Origin: Roseibacillus sp.
GTDB taxonomy: Bacteria > Verrucomicrobiota > Verrucomicrobiia > Verrucomicrobiales > Akkermansiaceae
Assembly: GCA_051251855.1 (NCBI GenBank)
Contig: JBPOGI010000006.1
Location: forward strand, 256,001 to 320,000
Reading direction: 5' to 3'
DNA length: 64,000 nucleotides
The notes under the pieces are model-generated. The model was not told where the DNA came from and ran no database searches. It worked only from the letters and a program-made list of their open reading frames with translations. This document shows positions 46,306-57,015 of this stretch, piece after piece (within the stretch, counting starts at the first letter, position 1; each line of letters starts with the position of its first letter). The position numbers were made by a program, and so were the translations under genes.

Positions 46306-47696
46306 CGATTGCCAAAGTCGAGGTAGATTTCGGTGCGGCGGTTCGCGCGGCGGCCATCGGGGTTGTCGTCGCCGGATTCTGTTTCGTTGGGGCGTCGAGG
46401 TGCGCTTTCGCCTTCGGCAACGAGGACGATTTGGGCGGCGTTGACTCCGGATTCGACGAGGAAACTTTTGACGCTGGCAGCGCGCTTTTGGGAAAGGGCT
46501 TTGTTGTATTCGTCGCTACCAAGGGCATCGGCGTGGCCACTGAGGGTGAGCTTGCGATTGGGGTCCGTTTTGAGGACGTCGGCGACGATGGCGAGTTGGC
46601 GTTGAGTGCGGGGGGCGAGAGTTTCTTCGTCGAATCCAAAGAAGATAACGAGAGTCTCGCCTCCTTGGGGGTTGGGGACGAGGGGGGTGTAGTAGACGTC
46701 GCCACCTGCGACGCGGGTGGCGTAGTCGGCGAGGAGAGAGTCGAGGTTGATCTCGGAGACTTTCCAATCGTCTTCGGCCGAGCCGCGCATGAGGTTGACG
46801 CCGAATTGGGCGGGTTTATCGACTTCGCTGGTCAGGACGTTGGCCAAGAATCCGGCGGTGGTTTCGCGAGTGAACATGGCTCGAAGGGGTTTGGCGGGGT
46901 TGAGTTTGTATTTCCCTTCTTCAAAAAGAATGCACATGGCTGCAATTTTGGCGTCGGAGACGGTCTTGGTGTTGGCAAAGGATTTTGCCTTGGAAAAATC
47001 CTGTGAAAGGGCCGCTTGCAGGAAGTTGTCGCTAATGGTGAGGGAGTCGCTTTCGTTGGCACGCGGAGTTGTTGTGCCTGAGACTGGTGAATCGCCAGCA
47101 GCGGGAACGGCGCCAGGGGTGGCGGGTAGGCTGGCGATGGCGCTTTCGGGAAGGCGCACTTTTTCGACAGCCCACTGTCCGTTAGCGCCTCGAGTGAGGT
47201 CGAGGAAGAGGGGTTCGTCGCTGTCTTCCCACTCGAGGGCGAAGCGTTTGCGGCGGTTGATTTCAAGTTCGCCAACTTCGCGCACTTGCTTAAGCTTAAA
47301 CCCGTTCGCTCCTGCGATGGATTGCAGATGCTGGAGGGCTGCAGTGGAAATGCCGGATTCTTCGCCTCCAAGGGCTCGGTTGGCCCGCTCGAGGTCACCT
47401 GATTCGAGGATTTTGGCGATTTGGGAAGCAACGTCTTCGGGGCGTGAGGCTTCTATCTTGACGCCAAGAGTCTCCAGAATCTCGGCCGAGGATTCTTCTA
47501 CTCCCTCCTCAGGAATCACGGCTGTGGAGTCGGGATTGTTGTTAGTTTGGGAGACAGCTGGTGGGGTGACGATGGGAGAGGGTGCGTCTTTGGCCCCGTA
47601 TAGAATGTAATAGATACCACCGCCCGCGATTCCGAGCACGAGTAAGATCACCCCGACAAGGGGGACCCAATTTTTCTCTTCTTCCTCGTAGTCCAT
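46302..47696 (-). CDS. Membrane-anchored OmpA-C (peptidoglycan-binding) domain protein
   Basis: N-terminal TM; C-terminal FFGFD...GHADALGSDEYNKALSQKRAASV...GRRANRRTEI. Confidence 0.92.
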   Translation of the reverse strand: MDYEEEEKNWVPLVGVILLVLGIAGGGIYYILYGAKDAPSPIVTPPAVSQTNNNPDSTAVIPEEGVEESSAEILETLGVKIEASRPEDVASQIAKILESGDLERANRALGGEESGISTAALQHLQSIAGANGFKLKQVREVGELEINRRKRFALEWEDSDEPLFLDLTRGANGQWAVEKVRLPESAIASLPATPGAVPAAGDSPVSGTTTPRANESDSLTISDNFLQAALSQDFSKAKSFANTKTVSDAKIAAMCILFEEGKYKLNPAKPLRAMFTRETTAGFLANVLTSEVDKPAQFGVNLMRGSAEDDWKVSEINLDSLLADYATRVAGGDVYYTPLVPNPQGGETLVIFFGFDEETLAPRTQRQLAIVADVLKTDPNRKLTLSGHADALGSDEYNKALSQKRAASVKSFLVESGVNAAQIVLVAEGESAPRRPNETESGDDNPDGRRANRRTEIYLDFGNR

Positions 47697-47744
47697 GTGT
47701 TCCCTTTACTCCTGTTTAGTGATTCTCGCAATCCTTGATCCGAG

Positions 47745-48329
47745 GTGGGTGATTCCAATTCTGACGCACTCTTACAATCGACCAAAGGGCTTAGAGGGGC
47801 TATTGATAGCGCTGTGGAAACAAACGAAGAAGATATCATTTGGTCGGGGCATCCCTCTCAGCTTCTCAACTTCTGGACTCATTTCGTCTCAGCCTTGGTG
47901 GTGATTGGGATAGTGGTCGCGGCTATTTTGACGGGGATTTGGCTTTTGGCTGTGCTCGTGATTTTGCCAATTGGTTGGTCGGTTTGGAAGTATCTCACCA
48001 TTCGGTGCCGTGTTTATCAACTGACGAGCGAGCGCTTGAGGCTCTTTGAAGGAGTTTTGAACCAAGAGATTGGAGAGGTCGAACTCTATCGCGTGAAGGA
48101 TACCAACATATTGAGGCCCTTTTGGTTACGTGTATTCGGTCTTTCGACGATTAAGGCTGACACTTCGGATCGGACGCATCCGGTGGTGACTTTGGAGGCG
48201 ATTCGAGATGGGGTGAGGGTGCGTGAGCTTTTTCGGAAGCAAGTTGAAATTCTGCGGGATAAAAAGCGAGTCCGTGAGGTGGACTTTGATGGTGCGGGCG
48301 ACGGCGATGAGTTGGAGTTTGAGAGCTAG
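47745..48329 (+). CDS. Membrane protein with bacterial PH domain (bPH_2)
   Basis: IIWSGHPS, 2 TM helices, YQLTSERLRLFEGVL, ELYRVKD, LRVFGLSTI. Confidence 0.88.
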   Translation: MGDSNSDALLQSTKGLRGAIDSAVETNEEDIIWSGHPSQLLNFWTHFVSALVVIGIVVAAILTGIWLLAVLVILPIGWSVWKYLTIRCRVYQLTSERLRLFEGVLNQEIGEVELYRVKDTNILRPFWLRVFGLSTIKADTSDRTHPVVTLEAIRDGVRVRELFRKQVEILRDKKRVREVDFDGAGDGDELEFES

Positions 48330-48437
48330 GGTTTCGGGAGAAGAGTTTTCTGAATTTCAGGGCGCAAAGCGAGTTAGCAGTATTTAGTTAAACAAACTTG
48401 AATTTTAATTAAATTAAGGAGACTCTTGAGCCTCCCT

Positions 48438-50969
48438 ATGGCCCGCCCCAAAAATAAATCGAAACGCAAAGCCCCCGTTGATGATCGTGTTGCTCGCAAT
48501 GCGTGGGGATTTGGGCTGATTGCACTTGGTGTTCTGCTACTGCTTTCACTGGTTTCTTATAGTCATACTGACCTCGAGGGGTTGTGGATTTTTGATAAAT
48601 GGTCGGTAGAGACCGTGGAGCCTTCACCAGGGACACAGAACCTAGTGGGGCCAATTGGGGCGATTTTGGGCTGTCTGCAGCTACAGTTTTTTGGGGCGGC
48701 GGCTTGGTTTATTCCTTTGGGGGTGGCTTGGCTGGGGGTGAGGCGGTTGACTTTGGAGGGGCAGTTTGGATGGAAGACTTGGACTGGTTTTGGGGTCTTT
48801 ATGGTAAGTGCGGCTTGTTTGGCGGGAGTGCTGGGCTGGTGGGACAATTGGGCGGCGCGCAATGTCATTCCTGGAAAAGCGGGGGGCATTATTGGTTATT
48901 ATCTGGGGCGTGGGGTCTTTTTTAAGCTTCTCAATTATGGGTCGGTCATCGTGTTGGGGTTTGTTTATTTGACGAGTCTTGTTCTTTTCTTGGGGCTCCA
49001 TCCCGTTTCCTTCTTTAAGGAGACTTACGCGCAAGGGATGGCTCTTTGGGAGGCGAAGCGAGGAGGAACAACTCGCAGTCGCGCGAAGGCGCCGGCTAGG
49101 AAAGCTCCTGCTAAGAAGAAGTCGAAGCCGAAACCCGAGCCTGTCGAGGAAGAGGAAGAGTGGGAAGAGGAAGAAGGCTACGAGTATGAATATGAGTATG
49201 AGGACGAGGAGGGTGAAGAGGAAGTGGAGGTCGAAGAAGATGGCCAGGTAGCCTTGCCGCTTCGCCAAGTGCCCGAGCCCAAGATTGTCGATGGTGCGCA
49301 ACGGATGGGACCAAGTGCCGATTTGGCTCGTCCATTCGAAAGGAAGAAAAAGGAGCATGCTTCGCTAACGACAGATGGTTTCGATGACTATGAGTTACCT
49401 GGATTCGACCTTCTGGACTACGACGCAGATGCGGCGGAGCCGGTGGAGAGTAATCACGATGAACTCTATGCCACCCAGCAGACGATTGTTGAGACTCTGA
49501 AGGCCTTTGGGGTCGAAGTGACGGCAGGGGATATTACGCGTGGTCCTACCATTACGCGCTACGAGATCTATCCTTCCCTTGGTCTGCGTGTTTCCAAGAT
49601 TGTTGCTTTGGAGTCTGACCTTGCTCGCGCCACTTGTGCAGAGCGGATTAATATTTTGGCTCCAGTGCCAGGTAAGGATACAGTTGGTATTGAGATTGCC
49701 AATGATGATCGAGTGCCGGTGGCGTTGCGCGAGCTTCTGCAGGATCCCGAGTTCCGTTCTTCCAAGAAGAAGATTCCGCTCGCTTTGGGTAAGGACGTCT
49801 ACGGCAATGCGGTGATTGGAGACTTGGCGGCAATGCCTCACCTTCTTGTGGCAGGTGCGACAGGATCCGGTAAGTCGGTTTGTATTAACTCCATCATTGC
49901 GTCCATTCTCTACAAGTTCGGGCCCGATGAATTGCGCTTCATTATGGTCGACCCCAAGGTGGTGGAGATGCAGATGTATAACGATCTACCGCATCTCGTG
50001 GTTCCGGTGGTGACAGACCCAAGGAAGGTGATTGGCGCTTTGAAATGGACCGTCAATGAGATGGAGCGCCGCTATAAGATTTTTGCCAAGCTTGGAGTCA
50101 GAAACTTTGACTCTTTCAATAGTCGTCCTCGCCCCGAGGTGGAGGAAGCGACCGAGGAGTTGGAACTCGCGCAAGATATTCAAGTGGAAGAAGACTTGGT
50201 CGATCCCGAGCACATGGAGTCAATTGCGCGTGCGCTGGAGGATGGGGATCTCGGACCTATGGACATGGATGGCGAGAGCGATGAGGAGCGAGTTGATGAA
50301 GACGAGATCCCGGACCGCTTCCCATATATCGTGGTGATTGTGGATGAGCTTGCGGACTTGATGCAGACTGCTCCGGCCGATGTTGAGTCAGCGATTGCGC
50401 GGATTGCTCAGAAGGCAAGGGCTGCAGGTATTCATCTCATCATCGCTACCCAGACGCCACGTGCAGATGTCGTTACGGGTATCATTAAGGCCAATATTCC
50501 GTCACGGATTGCTTTCCAGGTTTCTTCGGCCCTCGACTCGCGAGTGATTTTGGATTCCAAGGGTGCCGAGAAATTGGTGGGTAAGGGAGACATGCTCTTC
50601 TTGCCACCGGGTTCCGCTAAGCTGGAGCGTTCGCAGGGGGCCTTTGTTTCCGACGAAGAAGTGGAAGATATTGTGAAGTTCTGCTCGAACCAAATCGACC
50701 AGAAATTCGAGCAGAGTATTCAAGCGACGATTGATGCAGGAGGCAGTGATCCAAGCGGAGACGATGATGTTTCTGACGAGGATGAAGAAGTCATCCTCAA
50801 GTGCATCGATGTCATCATGACCGAGAACAAGGCGAGCACCTCACTGCTACAGCGTCGCTTACGACTGGGCTATACTAAAGCGGCTCGCATGATGGATATC
50901 ATGGAGGGGCGTGGGATTATCGGGCCTGCCGATGGCGCGAAGCCCCGAGATATCTTAATGAGGCAATGA
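48438..50969 (+). CDS. ftsK: DNA translocase FtsK
   Basis: N-terminal 4-TM domain, acidic linker, GPTITRYE, AGATGSGKS (Walker A), IVDELADLM, ARAAGIH, gamma domain LQRRLRLGY. Confidence 0.97.
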   Translation: MARPKNKSKRKAPVDDRVARNAWGFGLIALGVLLLLSLVSYSHTDLEGLWIFDKWSVETVEPSPGTQNLVGPIGAILGCLQLQFFGAAAWFIPLGVAWLGVRRLTLEGQFGWKTWTGFGVFMVSAACLAGVLGWWDNWAARNVIPGKAGGIIGYYLGRGVFFKLLNYGSVIVLGFVYLTSLVLFLGLHPVSFFKETYAQGMALWEAKRGGTTRSRAKAPARKAPAKKKSKPKPEPVEEEEEWEEEEGYEYEYEYEDEEGEEEVEVEEDGQVALPLRQVPEPKIVDGAQRMGPSADLARPFERKKKEHASLTTDGFDDYELPGFDLLDYDADAAEPVESNHDELYATQQTIVETLKAFGVEVTAGDITRGPTITRYEIYPSLGLRVSKIVALESDLARATCAERINILAPVPGKDTVGIEIANDDRVPVALRELLQDPEFRSSKKKIPLALGKDVYGNAVIGDLAAMPHLLVAGATGSGKSVCINSIIASILYKFGPDELRFIMVDPKVVEMQMYNDLPHLVVPVVTDPRKVIGALKWTVNEMERRYKIFAKLGVRNFDSFNSRPRPEVEEATEELELAQDIQVEEDLVDPEHMESIARALEDGDLGPMDMDGESDEERVDEDEIPDRFPYIVVIVDELADLMQTAPADVESAIARIAQKARAAGIHLIIATQTPRADVVTGIIKANIPSRIAFQVSSALDSRVILDSKGAEKLVGKGDMLFLPPGSAKLERSQGAFVSDEEVEDIVKFCSNQIDQKFEQSIQATIDAGGSDPSGDDDVSDEDEEVILKCIDVIMTENKASTSLLQRRLRLGYTKAARMMDIMEGRGIIGPADGAKPRDILMRQ

Positions 50970-51080
50970 TCGGTTGCTTAGCGGACCACGAAGTAGATCC
51001 CCCTAATATTTTCAGTTTGCAGGCTTGCTACAAGGTCCTGCCCACACCAATTTTGACCTAAACCTTGCCCTACCCCCACG

Positions 51081-52145
51081 ATGCAAAACGAATCTAAAAT
51101 TCAAAATGGGGAGGAGACTTCCCCTGATCTCTCCTCGCCGTTGTCCGCCGAAGAGCCGTCTTCTCCGAATTCTTCTGAATCTCCCGAGCTCAGCTCGGTC
51201 GAAGTGTTGAGGATGGATGAAGAGAGGATGGGTGAGATCACCCAGACGCCGCCGAATAGTAAGAATTCTTGGTTGCCTTGGAAGAGACCCAATCGACGGG
51301 ATCAGCAGTTACGACATTTACGCGAAGGTTACATTGAGCTTCTCGGATTGGTCCGGTCAATTAGTGGTCATTTAGACCGACAAAAGGATGAGAAATCCCA
51401 AGTGACCGACTTGGCGGAATCTTTGCCTCCAGCACTGAGGAGCTTCGAAACGCTTGCGGATTCGCAGAAGGAGGTGACCTCCATCTTGGGTAGCTTGAAT
51501 TCTCACATGGAGAAGACAGGTGCCAAGGATGAGCAGCTGTTAGAGAATTTGGAAGGCTTCAACTCTGCCTTGAAGGAGGTGAGTTCTAGTAATGAGAAAT
51601 CCCTTGGAACCCTTCATCAGGTCTCAGAGAGGATTGAGCATTCGGATGAGCAAATGAAAATGCTGTTCGAGCACGCGAATCAAAGCAGCCAGGCTGCGGG
51701 CGCGCTGATGGTGAGGCTTGAAAAGAGGGTCTTTCTTTCCAACCTCGCTCTCGTGGTACTCTTGTGTTTGCTTCTGCTATTGGGGATGTTCTGGGTGACG
51801 AAAAAGCAGCCTCCCGCCGCTCCAATCGTGGTGAACCTGCCAGCGACAGCGACGCAGGTGACTCCAAACCCTTTGCTCACTGAGGAATCGGCTGTCGAGG
51901 TGACGACGACCGAAATTGAGGAAGAGCCAGGATTGGTGGAGCCGCCGATCGAGGGGGTTGGGATTTTGGGGGAGGACGTGGCTCCTTCCTTTCCAACCGA
52001 ATCAGAGGATGAAACTCCCGAGTTTAAGGTGCCAGCAATTTTGAGTCCTGAGTTGTTGGCTCCCATAATTGAAGAAGAGGAGGCGGGAGCGGAAGCAACG
52101 GCGAAGGAAGAGGAGATTGAGGACCTCGACCTCTTCGAGTATTAG
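51081..52145 (+). CDS. Hypothetical bitopic membrane protein (coiled coil, TM, acidic Pro/Glu tail)
   Basis: Long helical region, hydrophobic LALVVLLCLLLLLGMFWV, low-complexity C-terminus. Confidence 0.75.
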   Translation: MQNESKIQNGEETSPDLSSPLSAEEPSSPNSSESPELSSVEVLRMDEERMGEITQTPPNSKNSWLPWKRPNRRDQQLRHLREGYIELLGLVRSISGHLDRQKDEKSQVTDLAESLPPALRSFETLADSQKEVTSILGSLNSHMEKTGAKDEQLLENLEGFNSALKEVSSSNEKSLGTLHQVSERIEHSDEQMKMLFEHANQSSQAAGALMVRLEKRVFLSNLALVVLLCLLLLLGMFWVTKKQPPAAPIVVNLPATATQVTPNPLLTEESAVEVTTTEIEEEPGLVEPPIEGVGILGEDVAPSFPTESEDETPEFKVPAILSPELLAPIIEEEEAGAEATAKEEEIEDLDLFEY

Positions 52146-52184
52146 CCTTGGATTTCAATTCTCAACGACATTACTTCCTCTATC

Positions 52185-52523
52185 ATGACCTGCCCGCTTT
52201 GCACTCTCGACGATCTTTTGGAGCATCCAGATTCCTTTGAATGTCTCACTTGCGGACATGACTGGAAGAAGGAGGCCATCGAAGAGGAAGAGTCAGGGCC
52301 CGTGGAGCGAGTGGTCAAAGACGCTCACGGCAATGTGCTCGAAAACGGAGACATTGTGGCGATGGTCAAAGACCTAAAGCTGAAAGGAACTTCAAAGGTG
52401 CTCAAAAGCGGTATGAAATCAAAGGGCATCCGTCTGGTGGACGGAGACCATGAAATTGACTGCAAGATGGACGGACTGTCCATTGCCTTGAAGGCTCAGT
52501 TTGTAAAAAAGGTGCCGCAGTAG
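52185..52523 (+). CDS. PhnA/YjdM family zinc-ribbon protein
   Basis: CPLC...CLTCGHDW, VKDAHGNVLENGD, KDLKLKG, GDHEIDCK, LKAQFVKK. Confidence 0.92.
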   Translation: MTCPLCTLDDLLEHPDSFECLTCGHDWKKEAIEEEESGPVERVVKDAHGNVLENGDIVAMVKDLKLKGTSKVLKSGMKSKGIRLVDGDHEIDCKMDGLSIALKAQFVKKVPQ

Positions 52524-52534
52524 CCACCTCAGTT

Positions 52535-53470
52535 CTACCAGCAGCTCATCTCGCGGAAGAGATTGAGGCGGGCATTGAGTTCACCTTCGTCGAGTTTCTC
52601 AAGGCGGCGAGTGGAGAAATCTTCGCAGGTGTAGCTGGCAAGGACTGTCCCGCGCACAACGCCATCTCGAAGTTCGGAGAAAGTGAAGTCGGTCTTGCCG
52701 AGAGAGGCGAGATAACCTGCTAAGCCACCTAAGAAAGTGTCACCCGCCCCAGTAGGGTCGGCTACTTCTTCGAGAGGAAAGGCGTTGCAGCGGAAGAGTC
52801 CATGATTTTCCTCGGGAGGCCCGAAAAGAACGGCTCCGAATTCACCGAGCTTGATGATTACGTACTTGGGGCCTTTGTCGCGGAGAATTTTACCTGCCTT
52901 GATGATGTTGCTGGTTCCAGCGAATTCGCGGGCCTCGCTCTCGTTGATAACGAGAAGGTCGACTTTCTTTAAGACCGCGTGGAGAGCTTCGTTGGCAATC
53001 TCAATCCAGAGGTCCATAGTGTCGATAAGGACGAACTTGTTGTCAGCCGTGCAGGCGTCAATCATCTGCATCTGATTGTCGGGTGACATATTGGCAGCGA
53101 CAACAATGGGACTCTCGGCAGCAACGCCGGGAACTTTAACGGTCCAGCTTTCGAGCACGTTGAGCGCGACGGTGTGGGTCTTGCGGTCGTTCATGCTGTT
53201 GAAATACTCGCCGGTCCACGTAAAGGAGTCTCCATCAGAGTGCTCGAGAGATTCTTGCTGGACACCGTTTTTGGCCAACATGGCCAAGTGTTCCTCGGGG
53301 AAGTCTTTGCCAATAATTCCTACAAGGTGGACGGGATCGGCGAAGAAAGAGGCCGCTAATGAAGCATAGGAAGCAGAGCCACCGAGAAGGTTATTGTGCT
53401 CTGCGTCAGGGGTTTTGACGTTGTCGATGGCCACGGTGCCGCCAATAACAACGGGTAAAGTTTCGCTCAT
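52535..53470 (-). CDS. PfkB family carbohydrate/nucleoside kinase
   Basis: GGSASY, INESEA, KLGEFGA, DPTGAGDTFLGG. Confidence 0.93.
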   Translation of the reverse strand: MSETLPVVIGGTVAIDNVKTPDAEHNNLLGGSASYASLAASFFADPVHLVGIIGKDFPEEHLAMLAKNGVQQESLEHSDGDSFTWTGEYFNSMNDRKTHTVALNVLESWTVKVPGVAAESPIVVAANMSPDNQMQMIDACTADNKFVLIDTMDLWIEIANEALHAVLKKVDLLVINESEAREFAGTSNIIKAGKILRDKGPKYVIIKLGEFGAVLFGPPEENHGLFRCNAFPLEEVADPTGAGDTFLGGLAGYLASLGKTDFTFSELRDGVVRGTVLASYTCEDFSTRRLEKLDEGELNARLNLFREMSCW

Positions 53471-53605
53471 GGTCGGAAGGCATTAACTGTTTGGTCAGGA
53501 AACAAAATCAAAAAAACGAGAAAATCACGGATTTAACTAATTTTCCTCAATGGTCATTGAGGGTTGGCTTCTGAGTCTACTTTGCTAAAATGCTCAGCCA
53601 GAACT

Positions 53606-55462
53606 ATGTGTGGAATCGTAGGTTACAGCGGCACCCAGTCCGCTGCCCCCATTTTGTTGAACGGCCTTAAGAGGCTCGAGTATCGCGGATATGATTCCGC
53701 AGGTCTTGCCTTGGCCTCTTCCGAAGGGATTCGCGTAGAGAAGTCTGAAGGTAAAGTCGCGAATCTGGTGACCAAGTTGGGTGACTTTGAAAAAGTGCCT
53801 TCTTTGGGAGGCGCGACGTCAGGAATTGCGCACACGCGATGGGCAACCCATGGACCACCGACGACGGTGAATGCTCACCCGCACGCGGCTTGCCCAGCAG
53901 GGGATTCGGTCAATCGGGTGGCGCTGGTTCACAATGGCATCATTGAGAACTATAAGAACTTAAAGGCTCGTCTTGAAGAGCAAGGGCGCGTTTTTCTTTC
54001 GGAAACAGATACGGAAGTTTTGGCCCATCTCGTGGATTCGCTTTATGAGGGAGATTTAGTTAAAGCGGTGACTTCGGCGCTGAACCAAGTGGAGGGAACT
54101 TTCGGGATTGCCTGTATTACTGCTGATGAGCCAGGAGTGATGGTAGTGGCCCGCCGGGGAAGTCCGATTGTGATCGGTTTAGGTGAAGATGAGACCCTCG
54201 TGGCCAGTGATGCCTCTGCGATTCTGCGATACACGCGACAGGTGATCTACCTCGACGACAACGATGTCGCACGAATCGAAGGAGCTAAGGTAGATATTTG
54301 CAGTCTCGATGCGATGCCAGTCACACGTGAGGCGACTCAGATCGATTGGTCGGATGATGCTGCCGAAAAAGGGGGGTACGCCCATTACATGCTCAAAGAA
54401 ATCTACGAGCAGCCTGAGTCGATTTGGAACACTATTCGCGGTCGTATGGATTCGGATCGTGGTAACGCGGTTCTATCGGGCCTCAATGTCGCTCCACGCG
54501 ATTTGGCGGAGTTGCATCGAGTGCTCTTGATTGGATGCGGAACTTCTCTCAATGCCGGGTTGGTAGGGGAGTACGCGATTGAAGACTTTGCCGGTATCCC
54601 AGCTGAGGTCGAGCAAGCGGCTGAGTTTCGTTACCGCAATCCTATTGTGGGAGCTAAGGACTTGGTTCTTGCGATTTCTCAGAGTGGCGAAACAGCCGAT
54701 ACTCTCGCGGCAGTGAGAGAAGCAGTCGATAAGGGAGCTTTGGTTGCCGGTTTAGTCAATGTTGTAGGTTCGACCATTGCTCGCGAGACGGGGCGGGGAA
54801 TCTATCTTCATGCAGGACCAGAAATTTCGGTGGCTTCCACCAAGGCGTTTACTTCTCAGGTGAGCTGTCTTTTGATGATTGCGCTCAAGTTCGCTCGGGC
54901 AGCTCGGATGTCGCGTGAGCGTGGGGTGCGATTCGTGAAGGAGATTGAGGCGATTCCCGACCATGTGAGAGAAGTTCTCGCGCAGAATGATCACATTGCG
55001 AAAGTGGCGGAGAATTATATCCAGGCCGAAAACGCGTTCTATATTGGACGTGGGTACATGTATCCAGTAGCTCTGGAAGGGGCGCTGAAGATTAAGGAAA
55101 TCAGTTACATTCACGCCGAGGCGTTTCACGCTGCTGAATTGAAGCATGGCTCTATTGCCTTGTTAACTGAGGAGGTTCCCATCATCGCCCTGGTACCCGA
55201 TGGTCCAGGGAAAGACAAAACGCTTTCGAATGTGGCAGAGTGTCGCGCGCGTGGCTCTAAGGTTTTACTCGTAGCTACTGAAGGCGATGATGAGGTGAAT
55301 GACTATGGTGATGACATCATTCGCATCCCTAGAGCTCCGCTACATGCGGCAGTTATTCCTGCGACAGTTGCGCTGCAGCTTTTTGCTTATCACGTAGCGC
55401 GCTTGAGGGATTGTCCGATTGATCAGCCACGCAACTTGGCGAAGAGTGTCACGGTTGAGTAG
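53606..55462 (+). CDS. glmS: Glutamine--fructose-6-phosphate transaminase (isomerizing)
   Basis: MCGIVG N-terminal Cys, LEYRGYDSAG, HTRWATHG, SQSGETADT, PRNLAKSVTVE. Confidence 0.98.
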   Translation: MCGIVGYSGTQSAAPILLNGLKRLEYRGYDSAGLALASSEGIRVEKSEGKVANLVTKLGDFEKVPSLGGATSGIAHTRWATHGPPTTVNAHPHAACPAGDSVNRVALVHNGIIENYKNLKARLEEQGRVFLSETDTEVLAHLVDSLYEGDLVKAVTSALNQVEGTFGIACITADEPGVMVVARRGSPIVIGLGEDETLVASDASAILRYTRQVIYLDDNDVARIEGAKVDICSLDAMPVTREATQIDWSDDAAEKGGYAHYMLKEIYEQPESIWNTIRGRMDSDRGNAVLSGLNVAPRDLAELHRVLLIGCGTSLNAGLVGEYAIEDFAGIPAEVEQAAEFRYRNPIVGAKDLVLAISQSGETADTLAAVREAVDKGALVAGLVNVVGSTIARETGRGIYLHAGPEISVASTKAFTSQVSCLLMIALKFARAARMSRERGVRFVKEIEAIPDHVREVLAQNDHIAKVAENYIQAENAFYIGRGYMYPVALEGALKIKEISYIHAEAFHAAELKHGSIALLTEEVPIIALVPDGPGKDKTLSNVAECRARGSKVLLVATEGDDEVNDYGDDIIRIPRAPLHAAVIPATVALQLFAYHVARLRDCPIDQPRNLAKSVTVE

Positions 55463-55508
55463 GCTTTCCACGAGGCGGCGACATTGTGTATCGCTCTTTC
55501 GTTTCTTC

Positions 55509-56726
55509 TTAAAAGAAGAAGGTGAGATTCATTTCCAAGAGGTCTCCCTCGAGCTCATTCTTAATCTCCGGTGGCATGGCTGGAATCTTCGCTTTCTGAA
55601 TAGCTCGCATCGTGAAGCCTTCTTGAATGGCTCCCCCTGCAATGCGGGAATCGAATCGGAAGCCGGTGACTTTGCCGGTCTCGTTGATAGAAAAACTAAC
55701 AGAAAGAACGCCGGGAAGGATGTGTTCGCGGCGGAGGATGCACTCCCGTTGCCAGGCTTTCTCGACCTCTTTATTCACTTGGGCGAAGTAGCGCCCTTTG
55801 ACGCTGTCCTCGACTTCAAGAGAGCTTTCACCCCGGCGGCGGATGGTGCCGCTCATTCGAGTGCGACTTGCCTCTCTGTCGTAGCCGCTTTCGAGACCTC
55901 GGTTGCCAGTAACACCGCCAGCCATGGAGGTCGGTTGAGGCTGGGCCTTGGGTTCGGGGATGGCCTCCTCTGGTGCCACTTCTTCTTTGGGTTCGGGGGT
56001 TTCTTCTTTTTTGGGGACAGGAATACTTTCGTTGAACGCAAGGAGCTCAGCCGCTTTGGCTTGAGCCATTTCTAAGCGTTGTTCATCGGTGGGCTCGCTC
56101 GGTTCGGTAGGCTCAAAAACAGGTGTCTCGGGTACGGGTTCGTCCATGAGCTCGGTAACTTCGGTCGGTTTGCTTTCCAGCATTTCCGCTTCGGGAATAG
56201 GCTCATTGAGGAGGGCGGTGGGGGAGAGAGGGAGGGGCTCGCCGGGTGTGCCAGGAGCACCAGTGGTATCACCATCGGCAAAGTCGGAGCTTGTGAGTTC
56301 GAGGTCGTTCTCGGTGAGCGCCTCGCGTCCGTCTTGGGAGGGGACCTCTAAGCCCTCCTCCATGACTTCGCCTTCACTTGCAGCAGCGGTATTTCGTTCG
56401 CCAAAGTAGCGCTGGGAGGTAACTTGCTCTGTGGTCTCTTGGTTCGGGCGAGTAGGCTGAAACCTCTTTTCAGGAGCTTGAGGTTTGGGGGCCAGTTCGG
56501 GTTCGGGCTTTGCGTTTTGAATGGCTTCCACCATTTCCATGGGCATGGTGACGTATTTGTCTTCTGCGATGACGTCTTCTACGAACTCGCGAGCGTTGAT
56601 TGTGAACACTTCAAGGAAAATGGCGCCAATCCAGAGCGCTACCAGAAACACGTGCACCGCAACCGAGACCAAGAAGGCCTTGGTCCAATCATAGGAGCGG
56701 GGTTTGCGTATCGAGTAGGTGTTCAT
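55509..56726 (-). CDS. TonB/TolA-like energy transducer
   Basis: N-terminal TM with SxxxH (SVAVH), Pro/Glu-rich linker, C-terminal YFAQVNKEVEKAW...FSINETGKV...AIQKAKIPAMP. Confidence 0.75.
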   Translation of the reverse strand: MNTYSIRKPRSYDWTKAFLVSVAVHVFLVALWIGAIFLEVFTINAREFVEDVIAEDKYVTMPMEMVEAIQNAKPEPELAPKPQAPEKRFQPTRPNQETTEQVTSQRYFGERNTAAASEGEVMEEGLEVPSQDGREALTENDLELTSSDFADGDTTGAPGTPGEPLPLSPTALLNEPIPEAEMLESKPTEVTELMDEPVPETPVFEPTEPSEPTDEQRLEMAQAKAAELLAFNESIPVPKKEETPEPKEEVAPEEAIPEPKAQPQPTSMAGGVTGNRGLESGYDREASRTRMSGTIRRRGESSLEVEDSVKGRYFAQVNKEVEKAWQRECILRREHILPGVLSVSFSINETGKVTGFRFDSRIAGGAIQEGFTMRAIQKAKIPAMPPEIKNELEGDLLEMNLTFFF

Positions 56727-57015
56727 GGTTGAACTGGGCAGAGCTATATTATGGGACAAGCTGCGATTTCAGCTACAAAAACCTGCTGAGACGTGAAGTT
56801 TCGGTTGTAAATAGAAAGATGGGAGAAGATTTCATTGCTCCTTGGCGCTTTCCTATTTGGTCCGCCAGCCCTCACCGACTTCCTGCTGCGTTCTTGATGT
56901 AGCGTGAATTGTCAGTTTACGCGCTGTCGGGGAGTCGCGGGAATATGTTCCATTCACCTGCTGTCAGTATTTTGAATTTTGTTGCGGTTGGAATACCCTG
57001 AGCGATGAGGATTGC

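Noticed and set aside
45493..47610. Long antisense ORFs (45493-46326, 46747-47610; likewise 9507-10262, 37297-38031)
   Set aside because: Shadow frames of well-supported genes on the opposite strand, expected at this GC content, with no motifs.
53471..53605. glmS ribozyme
   Set aside because: The gap is a short AT-rich divergent promoter region with no recognisable ribozyme core.
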